64,000 nt of DNA, from the NCBI GenBank assembly GCA_048013815.1, contig CM106586.1, positions 18,662,001-18,726,000 of the forward strand. The letters run 5' to 3'. The notes under the pieces were generated by a model. The model saw only the letters and a program-made list of their open reading frames with translations, did not search any database and was not told the origin of the DNA. The DNA is from Setoptus koraiensis. Taxonomy: Eukaryota > Animalia > Arthropoda. The position numbers were made by a program, and so were the translations under genes. This document shows positions 12,028-22,422 of this stretch, one piece after another; the stretch's first letter is position 1; each line of letters begins with the position of its first letter.

Positions 12028-12522
12028 ATGAAGCCAGGACCTTCAGAGATAGTTTATAAGAATATGAGGTTTCTCATTTTGGACAGACCTTCCGATACTA
12101 CGCTTCCTCAATTGATAGAAGAGTTTAAAAAGCTCAATGTCAGAGATGTTATTAGAGTTTGTGAGCCTTCTTATAAGATCGACGCTCTAACTAAAGCTGG
12201 CATAGAGGTTCATGATTGGCAATTCGACGATGGATCGCCGCCACCGCAAGACGTTATTGATAATTGGTTCGAGCTTCTCAGGAATAGGTACAAGGATAAT
12301 AAAGATTATTGTATGGCAGTTCATTGCGTTGCTGGTCTGGGCAGAGGTCCTGTTATGGTGGCGTTAGCCCTGATGGAGTTAGGTATGCAATATGAGGATA
12401 CTATTGAATATATAAGAGAGAGACGCAGAGGCGCGTTCAATCAGAAACAGCTCAAGTATTTGGCCTCATATAAGCCTAGATCTAGGTTAAAGAATAAGAA
12501 ATCTAGCTGTACATTATTCTAA
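12028..12522 (+). CDS. PRL-1: PRL-family (PTP4A) prenylated protein tyrosine phosphatase, 164 aa, intronless CDS
   Basis: MKPGPSEIVYKNMRFLI..RP matches the PRL N-terminus (RPAPVEVTYKNMRFLI). Also has RVCE (redox Cys), the W.FDDG loop, P-loop HCVAGLGR, RRGAFN.KQL, and a polybasic tail ending in CaaX (CTLF). Start set at ATG 12028 by homology; the frame is open upstream to 11557. Confidence 0.96.
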   Translation: MKPGPSEIVYKNMRFLILDRPSDTTLPQLIEEFKKLNVRDVIRVCEPSYKIDALTKAGIEVHDWQFDDGSPPPQDVIDNWFELLRNRYKDNKDYCMAVHCVAGLGRGPVMVALALMELGMQYEDTIEYIRERRRGAFNQKQLKYLASYKPRSRLKNKKSSCTLF

Positions 12523-12795
12523 GAAGTAGTAGTCTTTCTAAAAATTTAAATATGTTTGAGAGAGAACTTTCAATGGCATCAGTATAAGAGACAAATATAG
12601 GTTTCTTTTTCTTCTTCTAGCAATAAATAGTATAATAATGATAATATTACATTGATGATACGACTACTTTGGAAGTCGCTGTCTCAACATAGAGCAAATG
12701 ACTTTAAGTCTTCAGAGCCTGACTTGTATGAAGAGTTTCTCTTGTTTTCCACGTAGGTTTGCCCCCTCTATTATCGTATGCCGATTGAACTGTTA

Positions 12796-12942
12796 TTATA
12801 GGGTGGTGGGATTAAATAAAACGATCTTGTCGGGATTCCATGTGATGCCGGACATGTAATATATCCTTGTCCATATATATGGTATGAAGAATTCTTCAGG
12901 CTGATCATCTTCAACATAGCGAAACTTGAGGCCCGCCGAGGT
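12796..12942 (-). CDS. DYM: Dymeclin, exon 2 (last coding exon, 48 aa + stop)
   Basis: Missed by the ORF track. Translates [48 protein letters not shown], matching the conserved dymeclin C-terminus [20 protein letters not shown]. Preceded by the acceptor ...TTTAG and in phase 0 with exon 1. Confidence 0.93.
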   Translation of the reverse strand, partial: TSAGLKFRYVEDDQPEEFFIPYIWTRIYYMSGITWNPDKIVLFNPTTL

Positions 12943-13089
12943 CTAAATCAAATTGAATCAATGTTACAAGAACAACAAATCAGATAGAAGTTAACGAAGG
13001 TAATCAATCAATATTAATTAGTTGGTGTTTAATTTTCAATGAATGGTTAGTAAGCAGACGTACTAACTTGGACCGGATATTCTACTCAC
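12943..13089 (-). other. Dymeclin intron, 147 nt, GT-AG, phase 0
   Basis: Donor AAG|GTGAGT, acceptor TTTAG|ACC. Splicing restores the conserved C-terminal motif in frame. Confidence 0.9.
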
Positions 13090-15324
13090 CTTCGAATTCT
13101 TGAGGGGCCAATCCCTGGACGATGATGAAATGATGTGTTTTATTTCGCTAACGGTCAAAGTTTTCTCTTGGTGAGACTCTTCAATACGGTTGTAGAAAAA
13201 GGTTAACACTTTTTCAATGTTGATCACCATGGCGTGGAAGGCTTCGAATGTTTTTAAAGTGTCAAATAAAGCCTTCTTATACAATAACGTGTAAATTAAA
13301 TCTGGATTGTCTCTCAGTTGAACAACGAGGCAGTTATTTGTAACTTCAAGCAGCATTCTTATGACGTCCTCGTACATGAGAACATCATTTGAGGTATCAT
13401 CAATTTGAATACCAACTTGTTCATTGGTATTGGAACTTGTGTTTTCATTATCAACTATTGCAGCGGGAGAAGTTTTACCATCATCCTCTTTCAAATCTTG
13501 TCCATTCGCAGGTTGAGTTTCAATTGAAGATGATTGGAGGTTCATCATTGGAATAACTTCAGATGACTTGCCAGCTTTCTCCGTTTCTTGAGAAGGATCA
13601 TCACTCGTTTTGTTTTCGACATTGTTAGTGGTAGAAGTTATTTTAGCTGGTCCACTCATTGAGTATCTCTTGACTAAACGCTCTAGAACATCCATAAGTC
13701 TTTGACAAACGTATGGGTCGAGATCTTTGAAATGATTGGATAAATTTGCGAGCATGGCAAATAGGTTTGTATGCAAGAACTTGTCCTTCATTCGGAATAT
13801 GTTGTACTGGATTGATCTTACAACTATCAATGTTGCTAGACAAGCCAAAGAGATATCATTGAGATTTCTGTCTGTATACCAAGTGACAGTTTTGATATTT
13901 ATCTCGTGTATAGCCTCGTTGAAGATGGACTCCTCACTTAGTATTAATAATATAATTAGTACCATGTAAACATGATGTGATCCTTTCTCCATTGATGTGT
14001 ATAGCACTTTGAGTAAGGGTAGCACCAATTTACTGAGTCCCGAGGAGACGCTCATCACATATGATTTGAATGTGTAGTTTCTATGTAACAACAGATAAAG
14101 CAACAAGGCTACTTGATCATTATCTAATAATTTGCATACTGTCTCATAAAGTGTACTAAAGTCAACCTTAATGCTATTGACAATAGCTATTAGTTGTGAA
14201 GATGCAGATGGGGATGAAAAGTTTCCAATAGTATGATGGTGCGTATCACCTTGTGGACTCATTCTAGAATCCTGACAAGATATTATTGCCTCTCTGTAGG
14301 GATTTTTATCCGTTGTACAATGATTTGTAAGTATATTGAGAAGAAATAAACTTTGTCTCGCTAGCACGGGCCCATTAGCTAGCTCGTCCGTCGTCGAGGC
14401 CCGGCCATATCCCAATGTGAGCACATTCCATAGGCCCGAGGCTAGCCCAAAAATGATACTGCCGGACTCTTGAGGCATGGGTAATTGCTTGATGAAATTG
14501 AAGAGCAGCGTCTTAATTAGCAGTAGCGAATGAATAGAGCACTTCTTTTGCATAAGACATCTGTAGATGATTGATTTCTTCATTGGCTGAGGCTGATACA
14601 TCTGTACAGATAGCAATATGATGAGCGTATTAATAGATTCTACGTGCAATTGATAGGTAGAATCAGATAATGGAATATCAATAATAATCTCTATCAATGC
14701 CGTCATGAATTGTTCTAAGGTTGTATTGCCAGAAACAATGTCACGTTTACTACTTGATATAGTGGGTCCCGTCATGACATGAACAATTGGTTGTTGTTGC
14801 AAGTTGGCATCGTTGGTAGTTTGGTTGCTACCACTAGTTCCATTGACCGGCGGCTGAATGTTGTTTGTTGGGGGCGTCGGTTGGGAGCCATTATTTATCA
14901 AAGGTGTACTCTTATTATTGATAGTGATGGACGATTTTGACATAAAATTCTGCACTAGTTTCTCTTCGCTGGTTGAATTTTCCACAAAATGCTTACAAAT
15001 ACATCTCAATAGATAGAGTGCGTTAAAGGCCTGGAAGAGATAATATAAATTACTATTGGTATTTTGTTGGCATTTGATTTTGTCGATTCTATCAAGGAAG
15101 ACACGAACCAGAGAGCCGCTGTTGAAAGATTTGTCATTGTTCAACGCCAATCTAACTAGATACGGCTCAAGCGCTTTCTCCACCGTTCTGGCATCTTGGG
15201 CTCGCATAAAATTGAACGAACAGGACAATAGCTGGTGCCAGAAATGGTGATCATTACAATTAATATGCTCCTGACTCACAAATCTCTCTAGGAATGTATT
15301 CTCATTTAGGCTGTTCAAAGACAT
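13090..15324 (-). CDS. DYM: Dymeclin (Dyggve-Melchior-Clausen protein), exon 1, 745 codons
   Basis: Motifs FWHQLLSCSF, ALNN.KS.NSGSLVRVF, NALYLLRCICKHF, HVESINTLIILLSVQMY, LLLYLLLHRN, HHVYMVLIILLILSE..FN.AIH, DKFLHTNLFAMLANLS, DVIRMLLEVTN and NPDLIYTLLYKK all align with dymeclin. The ORF-track tail VSRISGPS is intronic. Confidence 0.95.
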
Positions 15325-17376
15325 TATTAGTTATTATCTCAATGATTCTGGGATTATTTTCTATCGGAATCTCAATAGCCGGCTAAATGATAAACAGTCG
15401 TCTGACAGTTGCTCAGATTATCCTTTGATGTGTGTGACTCCTTCAATCCGGTGATTATGCAAGCTGAATTATATCCAAATGTGTATAGTTATATTCGATT
15501 GATTGAAATAACAACTGACAGATGTTAAATTTATCACATGATTGTCCGTAGTGTGGTGTATCGGCTGCACGGTCTGTTACAAAACAGTACAGTATTTATA
15601 GTGAGATATAAAATGCATCGCGAAATAAATAAATCATCTGACTATATATCGATGGGGTACTGCTAGCTATCGTACAACTGCACATGGAATAGCACAGATG
15701 ATGATCTGGCCATTGGCAACAGTGCATATTTTCATGAGGTGACAAGGCAAGAAAAAGATATTCTGACGTGTTGTAAGCAATGTTATTGTGATAATTGACA
15801 CCTAGCGTCCAGCAACTATACTAAACTTTTATTTCAGTTGCGCGAGGCACATCTTGTTTTGGTGCGCTGAAGCTTAACAACATTTCAAAAAATGAACACC
15901 TGAGGGCGCTTATTGATATCAATATTTGTCTGGCTGATAGGTACGCAAGAAAAGAAATATCGCCATTCTCGCACAGCACTGTGAGAGCTACATGCGCTTC
16001 TATTTTGATGATACAGTTGCGAGATGTGATTCAGGCTATCTTTTATCTCTTTATATCGATCAGCATTAATTAACTAGAATCTATAATGACTCATTTTGGA
16101 TGACAAACCAATTGGTATGGGTATATCACCGGAAGTTATTCATTGATCTCAATCATCGCTCTACCTGGGGAAACAGTCGATGGGAACGAGTCAGAAGACA
16201 TAGAGAACGAGATAATAGCTTGATAAAAGAAGTTTTATATGCTTCCAACATCTTAACAATTCCATCTGTCGATCTAATTAATTGTAGGACAAGCTTTCTT
16301 TCGCCTGGTTGACCGACATCGCTGATTTGACAAAGGTTTTTTACTAAGACTATTTCCTGGGTGGTGAGAACAAAGAATTTTAGTGACAAATGTATGACCG
16401 CGTCTATGCAAAAGTTAGTCTAACCTTTTATTGACTGTGAGTTGCGGCCGTGAGTGTCATCAGAGTTTAAACTTTCGAAAAATTTCTTCTCCATGAACTG
16501 CTCAGGACAGCAAGAAACGGATGATGTTGTATTTAATTTGTTCTCTTATAAAACGAGAGTGTAGCTAATCAAAAGTAGGCAACCTCACTGGTGATTTTCG
16601 ATGATATTGTTATAGTAACAATAACGAAAAAGATACATTACATGACCACAGCTAGATTTATTGCTGATTCTTGGTTCGAAGACAAATGAGGTGCATGTTT
16701 CTCCCGTGGTAAATGGGCAGCTGCATGACCACCAGCGGTATATGAACCATGCGTGTGTAACAGCATCACCAATTTGAATATTTGCCCGGAAGAGGCTGAT
16801 CTCGCTAGACAAACAAAAAATAAGGACTTTTCATCTAATGATCACCTCAGAGTGAACAGATTAGCATGATGCAAGTAGGCAAAATGATGAAAAACTAATC
16901 GCCGATGACGTGGTCGGAAGTGCAGCATTTTGTGAAAAGTCACATAGAATGGGAGGTGATTTTCACCATCACAATATGAGCCGCATTTACGAAAAATTTT
17001 TCGCCTTGCTACCTCAAATCAACCCTGTATCAGATGTGTCTCGCGAACGTCGAACCGGACATAGAATAAACGGATTCTGAATTATAGAATCCTATGTTAT
17101 TAACATTACAGATGCACGATCAAGCTAATTTTGTTTTCCGATCAACTCAAGCGGATGCGAAAAGCTGGCTCTCATAACAAGTGATAGTCAATATGTTGAA
17201 TATGAAAATGTCCGAACGCGAAAGAAGAGCCTTCTGCTGGGGAGAACTCTAGAATGCTGAGCCTCTGATTTTTTTTGAAATAATATCATAGGATTTAAAT
17301 GAATACAAGCTTCATGCTTCTCATCGCTGAGCGAATCTTCGTTTCAGCTTGTCCGAACCTTTCCTGAACCATACTT

Positions 17377-18930
17377 TTATTCCGGAGTGGTGGGTGTTGG
17401 ATCAGCTTCTGGAACGGCCTCTGGAACGGCTGCTGGACGGGCTGCTGGAACAGTCTTTTTTGGGCCCTTGTTGCGCCAAAAATCTGGGTGATGGGTGTTG
17501 GGATGGGGCCCAGATTTCTGGAGGCACCAAGCAAACGCCAATATGCCAAGGATGGTACCTAGAATCACCGCGACTGCTATGCCTATTTCTTTTGGAAGAG
17601 GCACATGATGTGCATGTGCCGCCAATGGCGCTGTATGGGCGGCGTGGCCACCAACGGTAGTTAAACCATGGTGCAAGACAGCACCTGCAAATTGGACATC
17701 TCGTTCGGGATCCTCCTCTCTTGCAATCAACGATTGCTTGATGGACTCATCAAGCACGGACAATTTCAGATATTTAGCCAAATAGCGTTCGGCACCAGCA
17801 CGTTTCAACAGCCAACCGGAAAGACCTCTGGACTGCGTGTAACACTTGAGATTGTCATCGAATGAATCGAAGGTATCTGGCTGCTCGAACTTGTGCGTCG
17901 GATTATTCACGATAGCACCAGTTGATTCTTTAGCGATGTTTACAGTGAATATTCGTTCGTCATTGACTATTTCTTTATCAAGTTTGTCCACTATATCGCT
18001 ATCTAAATCGAGATTGGCTACGACAAGGAGCGCACCTTGGCAATATTGTACGGCTTGGATCCATTTTAGAACTCGTGCATCTTCGCTCAAGCTTTTTTCG
18101 AGATCGGCTGTGTCATCTCGCGCTAAATATCCTTTCATGGCCAACAGAGGTATAGTGTAGATAGAGCCTCGTGCATATTGCTCAATTTTTTTGCAAGCTT
18201 TCTTAATTTCGAAGAACTCCTCTATTGACTCTTGCGTATTGAACGTCATTTGGATTGATAATTCTGAATCTGGCGTTGGTTTCAACGAATCAACCAAGAT
18301 AATATTCTCAGCCTTGTTGAATACTGTCGGAGTATACTTCACGGCCAGGCTGAGTACTTTTCTCATAGGAGTGCTAAGTGTCTTTAGATTTGCGTCATCA
18401 ATTGGCGCATTCTGTTCAGACACTTCAGTGATCAAGGCCAAACTTGCTACCAGTGCTTCATCTTTTTCTGCCGACTCCAGTTTTTCTGCCAGTGACTTTT
18501 TACAAGTCAATATAACTTGGCCAGTGAACAATCGGAAAAATGGAAGTAGTCGGTTCGTCTGCTTGCGCTTGAGATGTTTTCCACGACTAGCATTTGCTTT
18601 TAATTGTTTATCAACAGCCAACAATTGATCCGCATATTCTGGTCCGCATACCGATGAAGTTGCTGCTTGTTCCACTATACCTTTCAACAACTTCAGATCA
18701 GAGTATCCGTCGACACTGTGAATACATCTGTTCACGATATCGATCTCTTCTTCTTTCAATTCTCGGTGGTCTGGAACTAAAACGTCAGCCAGGTGAGAGA
18801 ATGTTTTCACATTATCTAGTGTTTTGACCGTATCAACACATTGCGCCTTACTTATTGCATCGACCTTATTGTGAAATGCAATTTCTCCTAAACAAATCAA
18901 ACATACTATTAATAGGATGCTTCTCGACAT
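17377..18930 (-). CDS. Orphan type-I membrane/secreted protein, paralog A (517 aa from ATG 18930)
   Basis: Long intronless ORF. N-terminal signal peptide MSRSILLIVCLICLGEIAFHNKVDA, ~400-aa ectodomain, His-rich stalk, TM segment IGIAVAVILGTILGILAFAWCL, Pro/Ala-rich tail. The near-identical paralog at 20271-21824 supports coding status. No domain recognised. Confidence 0.88.
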   Translation of the reverse strand: MSRSILLIVCLICLGEIAFHNKVDAISKAQCVDTVKTLDNVKTFSHLADVLVPDHRELKEEEIDIVNRCIHSVDGYSDLKLLKGIVEQAATSSVCGPEYADQLLAVDKQLKANASRGKHLKRKQTNRLLPFFRLFTGQVILTCKKSLAEKLESAEKDEALVASLALITEVSEQNAPIDDANLKTLSTPMRKVLSLAVKYTPTVFNKAENIILVDSLKPTPDSELSIQMTFNTQESIEEFFEIKKACKKIEQYARGSIYTIPLLAMKGYLARDDTADLEKSLSEDARVLKWIQAVQYCQGALLVVANLDLDSDIVDKLDKEIVNDERIFTVNIAKESTGAIVNNPTHKFEQPDTFDSFDDNLKCYTQSRGLSGWLLKRAGAERYLAKYLKLSVLDESIKQSLIAREEDPERDVQFAGAVLHHGLTTVGGHAAHTAPLAAHAHHVPLPKEIGIAVAVILGTILGILAFAWCLQKSGPHPNTHHPDFWRNKGPKKTVPAARPAAVPEAVPEADPTPTTPE

Positions 18931-19079
18931 TATTTTCTTTGCCTCGTTGCCCTCGCTTACTACGCAATTAGTTATTTGAATAGGATATAACAAGGGACTT
19001 TTTTGATAAATTTGTACTTATTGCTTTCACTTTACTATTATTTGCCCGGTCTGCTTCTCAATTGTTAGCGATATCCCAC

Positions 19080-19087
19080 TATTTATA
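19080..19087 (-). promoter_or_regulatory. TATA box (TATAAATA) of paralog A
   Basis: Canonical TATA ~150 nt upstream of the ATG, conserved at the equivalent position in copy B. Confidence 0.55.
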
Positions 19088-19966
19088 CTTCGGATCCCCT
19101 TTATGAAATGTCGAACTTTCAGGTTTACGTACGAAGCTATTCTTGTCAATGCTGAAAATAGTTCAATCATGAGACGATCAGAACAATATATTCCTATTTG
19201 TTGGTTTAAATGTCAACGAAGTCAACATGCAATCATTGTGCTACAGGTCTAGCTAGCACCACGAAACGATTTTTGTATCGTGTTGGTTACGACGAACATC
19301 AACTACGTCATAACTTTTTTTCATATCTATATGATGCCGCAATCTTCTGTAATCTCATGAAAATGAAAAATTTACATTGGTTGAATGCAACATTCATACT
19401 AAGCGATACAAAGGGGGTATGGTGTGCTATCGCCGAGACTGCCCTATAAGTTTTCCCCTTCGAAAATTCCATGCAGATCGATTAAAAGGGTGTAATTAAG
19501 GCAACACAAAACAAGCCAAATATTCACAATATCTCTCTATTAGTCGCGTTTCTGGCGATTCTACGGCTCTTCCGCAGATAATCGTCGCCCACTCAAACTA
19601 TCATCAGTGAAAAGATTCATTCCTGATACGAAAGATTTTCCTCCCATTTGATCCGTCATTCATAAGCGGTTCTATTCATTTGAGACATACTCATCTATCT
19701 TCTATCATGCACGATTTTTTCACCGATTCTGGCTGTCGCATCACTGGCTGTGCTATGGTTTAGAGCGACGACAGTATATTCGACCCAAAAATCACCATGC
19801 ATGAGGTCTATGTCAGTAATACTGACTGAAGTGATTTTCTCCGATATTCAACCATACTTCAACTTGCGTCGAGTGATGGTAAATCGAGACGCCAGAATCG
19901 CAACCCAATCCATCGCGAGAAAACGAACAAACACTACAAGTTTTCCTAGAGAATCTGTTCCTAGAG

Positions 19967-20005
19967 AATGAATAACAGAGATGCAGATGATCTCTGTTAT
20001 TCATT
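19967..20005. repeat. Perfect inverted repeat, 16-bp arms, 7-nt loop
   Basis: AATGAATAACAGAGAT-GCAGATG-ATCTCTGTTATTCATT. Confidence 0.95.
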
Positions 20006-20270
20006 AGTTTCCTTCCAGGGTGTTCACTGGACCGACGAAATACAATATCTCGACAGAATAACGGATAAAACAGGAAAGACTGCTCCGCAGGGACAGACTC
20101 ACGACTGAAATCGATAGATAAATCTGAGCCAATCATCATTGACGATCCCGAAATTATCGGTTTCGAAAGAAGAAACGAAAGAACAGAGAAATGTGTCGGC
20201 AATTTGAACTCGTCAAAACAGTTGCTGACTATGTTGCATGTATTTTAGGACGAAATGCGGTTACAGACAC

Positions 20271-21824
20271 TCAGGGATGATAGGGATGATGAGGGGGATC
20301 GGGCTTGTCCTGTTGAAGAGCATCGAGCTCGGCTTGGCGAAGGGCCTCTTTCGCGGCCCTGCGACGAGCCAGTTCAGGGTGGTCTCGGCCCGGCCACGAG
20401 CTGTTCTTGGCGCACATTACAAACAAGGCAACGGCCAGGATGCAACCGAGAATTACAGCACCTCCTATCGCTAATTCTTTTGGAAGAGGCAAATGCGATG
20501 CATGTGTATCCCACGGTAAGTGGGTGGCTGCGTGGCCACCAGCGGTAGTTGCACCATTGTGTAAGACTGCACTAGCGAATTGTACATCTCGTTCGGGATC
20601 CTCCTGTCTTGCTATCAACGATTGCTTGATGGACTCATCAAGCACAGACAATTTCAGATATCTGGCTAAAAGTCGTTCGGCACCAGCACGTTTCAACAGC
20701 CAACCGGAAAGACCTCTGGACTGCGTGTAACACTTGAGATTGTCATCGAATGAATCGAAGGTATCTGGCTGCTCGAACTTGTGCGTCGGATTATTCACGA
20801 TAGCACCAGTTGATTCTTTAGCGATGTTTACAGTGAATATTCGTTCGTCATTGACTATTTCTTTATCAAGTTTGTCCACTATATCGCTATCTAAATCGAG
20901 ATTGGCTACGACAAGGAGCGCACCTTGGCAATATTGTACGGCTTGGATCCATTTTAGAACTCGTGCATCTTCGCTCAAGCTTTTTTCGAGATCGGCTGTG
21001 TCATCTCGCGCTAAATATCCTTTCATGGCCAACAGAGGTATAGTGTAGATAGAGCCTCGTGCATATTGCTCAATTTTTTTGCAAGCTTTCTTAATTTCGA
21101 AGAACTCCTCTATTGACTCTTGCGTATTGAACGTCATTTGGATTGATAATTCTGAATCTGGCGTTGGTTTCAACGAATCAACCAAGATAATATTCTCAGC
21201 CTTGTTGAATACTGTCGGAGTATACTTCACGGCCAGGCTGAGTACTTTTCTCATGGGAGCACCAAGTGTCTTAAGATTTCCATCATCGATTGGCGCATTA
21301 CGTGCCTCCGACACCTCAGTGATCAAGGCCAAACTTGCTACCAGTACTTCATCTTTTTCTGCCGACTCCAGTTTTTTTGCCAGTGACTTTTTACAAGTCA
21401 ATATAACTTGGCCAGTGAACAATCGGAAAAATGGAAGTAGTCGGTTCGTCTGCTTGCGCTTGAGATGCCTTCCACGACTAGCATTTGCTTTTAATTGTTT
21501 ATCAACAGCCGACAATTGATCCGCATATTCTGGTTCGCATACCGATGAAGTTGCTGCTTGTTCCACTATACCTTTCAACAACTTCAGATCGGAGTATCCG
21601 TCGACACTGTGAATACATCTGTTCACGATATCGATCTCTTCTTCTTTCAGTTCTCGGTGGTTTGGAACTAAAATGTCCGCCAGTTTAGAGAATGTCTCTA
21701 CATTATCTAGTGTTTTGACCGTATCAACACATTGCGCCTTACTTATTGCATCAACCTTATTATGAAATGCAATTTCTCCTAAACAAATCACACACACTAT
21801 CAATAGGATGCTTCTCGACATCAT
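20271..21824 (-). CDS. Orphan type-I membrane/secreted protein, paralog B (517 aa from ATG 21824)
   Basis: Signal peptide MMSRSILLIVCVICLGEIAFHNKVDA. Ectodomain nearly identical to paralog A. TM segment LAIGGAVILGCILAVALFVMCA, then a different charged and Pro/His-rich tail. Confidence 0.88.
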   Translation of the reverse strand: MMSRSILLIVCVICLGEIAFHNKVDAISKAQCVDTVKTLDNVETFSKLADILVPNHRELKEEEIDIVNRCIHSVDGYSDLKLLKGIVEQAATSSVCEPEYADQLSAVDKQLKANASRGRHLKRKQTNRLLPFFRLFTGQVILTCKKSLAKKLESAEKDEVLVASLALITEVSEARNAPIDDGNLKTLGAPMRKVLSLAVKYTPTVFNKAENIILVDSLKPTPDSELSIQMTFNTQESIEEFFEIKKACKKIEQYARGSIYTIPLLAMKGYLARDDTADLEKSLSEDARVLKWIQAVQYCQGALLVVANLDLDSDIVDKLDKEIVNDERIFTVNIAKESTGAIVNNPTHKFEQPDTFDSFDDNLKCYTQSRGLSGWLLKRAGAERLLARYLKLSVLDESIKQSLIARQEDPERDVQFASAVLHNGATTAGGHAATHLPWDTHASHLPLPKELAIGGAVILGCILAVALFVMCAKNSSWPGRDHPELARRRAAKEALRQAELDALQQDKPDPPHHPYHP

Positions 21825-21971
21825 TTTCGTTGCCTTGTCGCTTAAGGCGCTATTAGCTATCTGAATAAGATATAACGAGCCACTTTTTTGATCAATTCTT
21901 AATTGACAATTAGTAATTGTTGCTTTCACTTCACTATTATTTGCCCTGCTTCTCGATTATTAGAGACCCAC

Positions 21972-21979
21972 TATTTATA
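21972..21979 (-). promoter_or_regulatory. TATA box (TATAAATA) of paralog B
   Basis: Same motif and context (AGTATAAATAGTGGG on the - strand) as copy A. Confidence 0.55.
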
Positions 21980-22422
21980 CTCCGGATCCACGTTATGAAA
22001 TGTCGAACTTTCAGGTTTACGTACGAAGCTATTCTTGTCAATGCTGAAAATAGTTCAATCATGAGACGATCAGAACAATATATTCCTATTTGTCGGTTTA
22101 GATGTCAACGAATTCAACATGCAATCATTGTGCTACAGGTCTAGCTAGCACCACGAAACGATCTTTGTATCGTGTTGGTCACGACGATCAACTACGTCAT
22201 GTCTTTTTTCATAACTATATGATGCCGCAATCGTTGTGTCAAATGTTTTCTGAGGCTTCGTATGAATTAAAAATATACTTTGGTTGCACGCTGCGTGCAT
22301 GCTTAGCTTGATTTTTTTTTGATAAACTGCCGTGAAGCGGCTCTCTCCTCCGTCTAGACAGGTTGCAGGGGAATCAGCAAATAGAACAGGTAAAGGCTGA
22401 AAATAGCTTGCATTTTTCTCTG

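Larger units (their letters stand above)
17377..22231. repeat. Tandem segmental duplication (offset ~2888 bp) covering CDS and ~320 bp upstream
   Basis: 17786-18366 equals 20674-21254 with no difference found by eye. Upstream blocks 19020-19342 and 21919-22231 are also highly similar. The spacer ~19345-20230 is unique. Confidence 0.95.

Noticed and set aside
13063-13089. ORF-track C-terminus of dymeclin (VSRISGPS*)
   Set aside because: This is intron sequence after the GTGAGT donor. The true C-terminus is in exon 12796-12942.
17846-21519. Duplicated + strand ORFs of 104 and 145/146 aa
   Set aside because: Antisense shadows of the paralog CDSs. They are duplicated only because the genes are.
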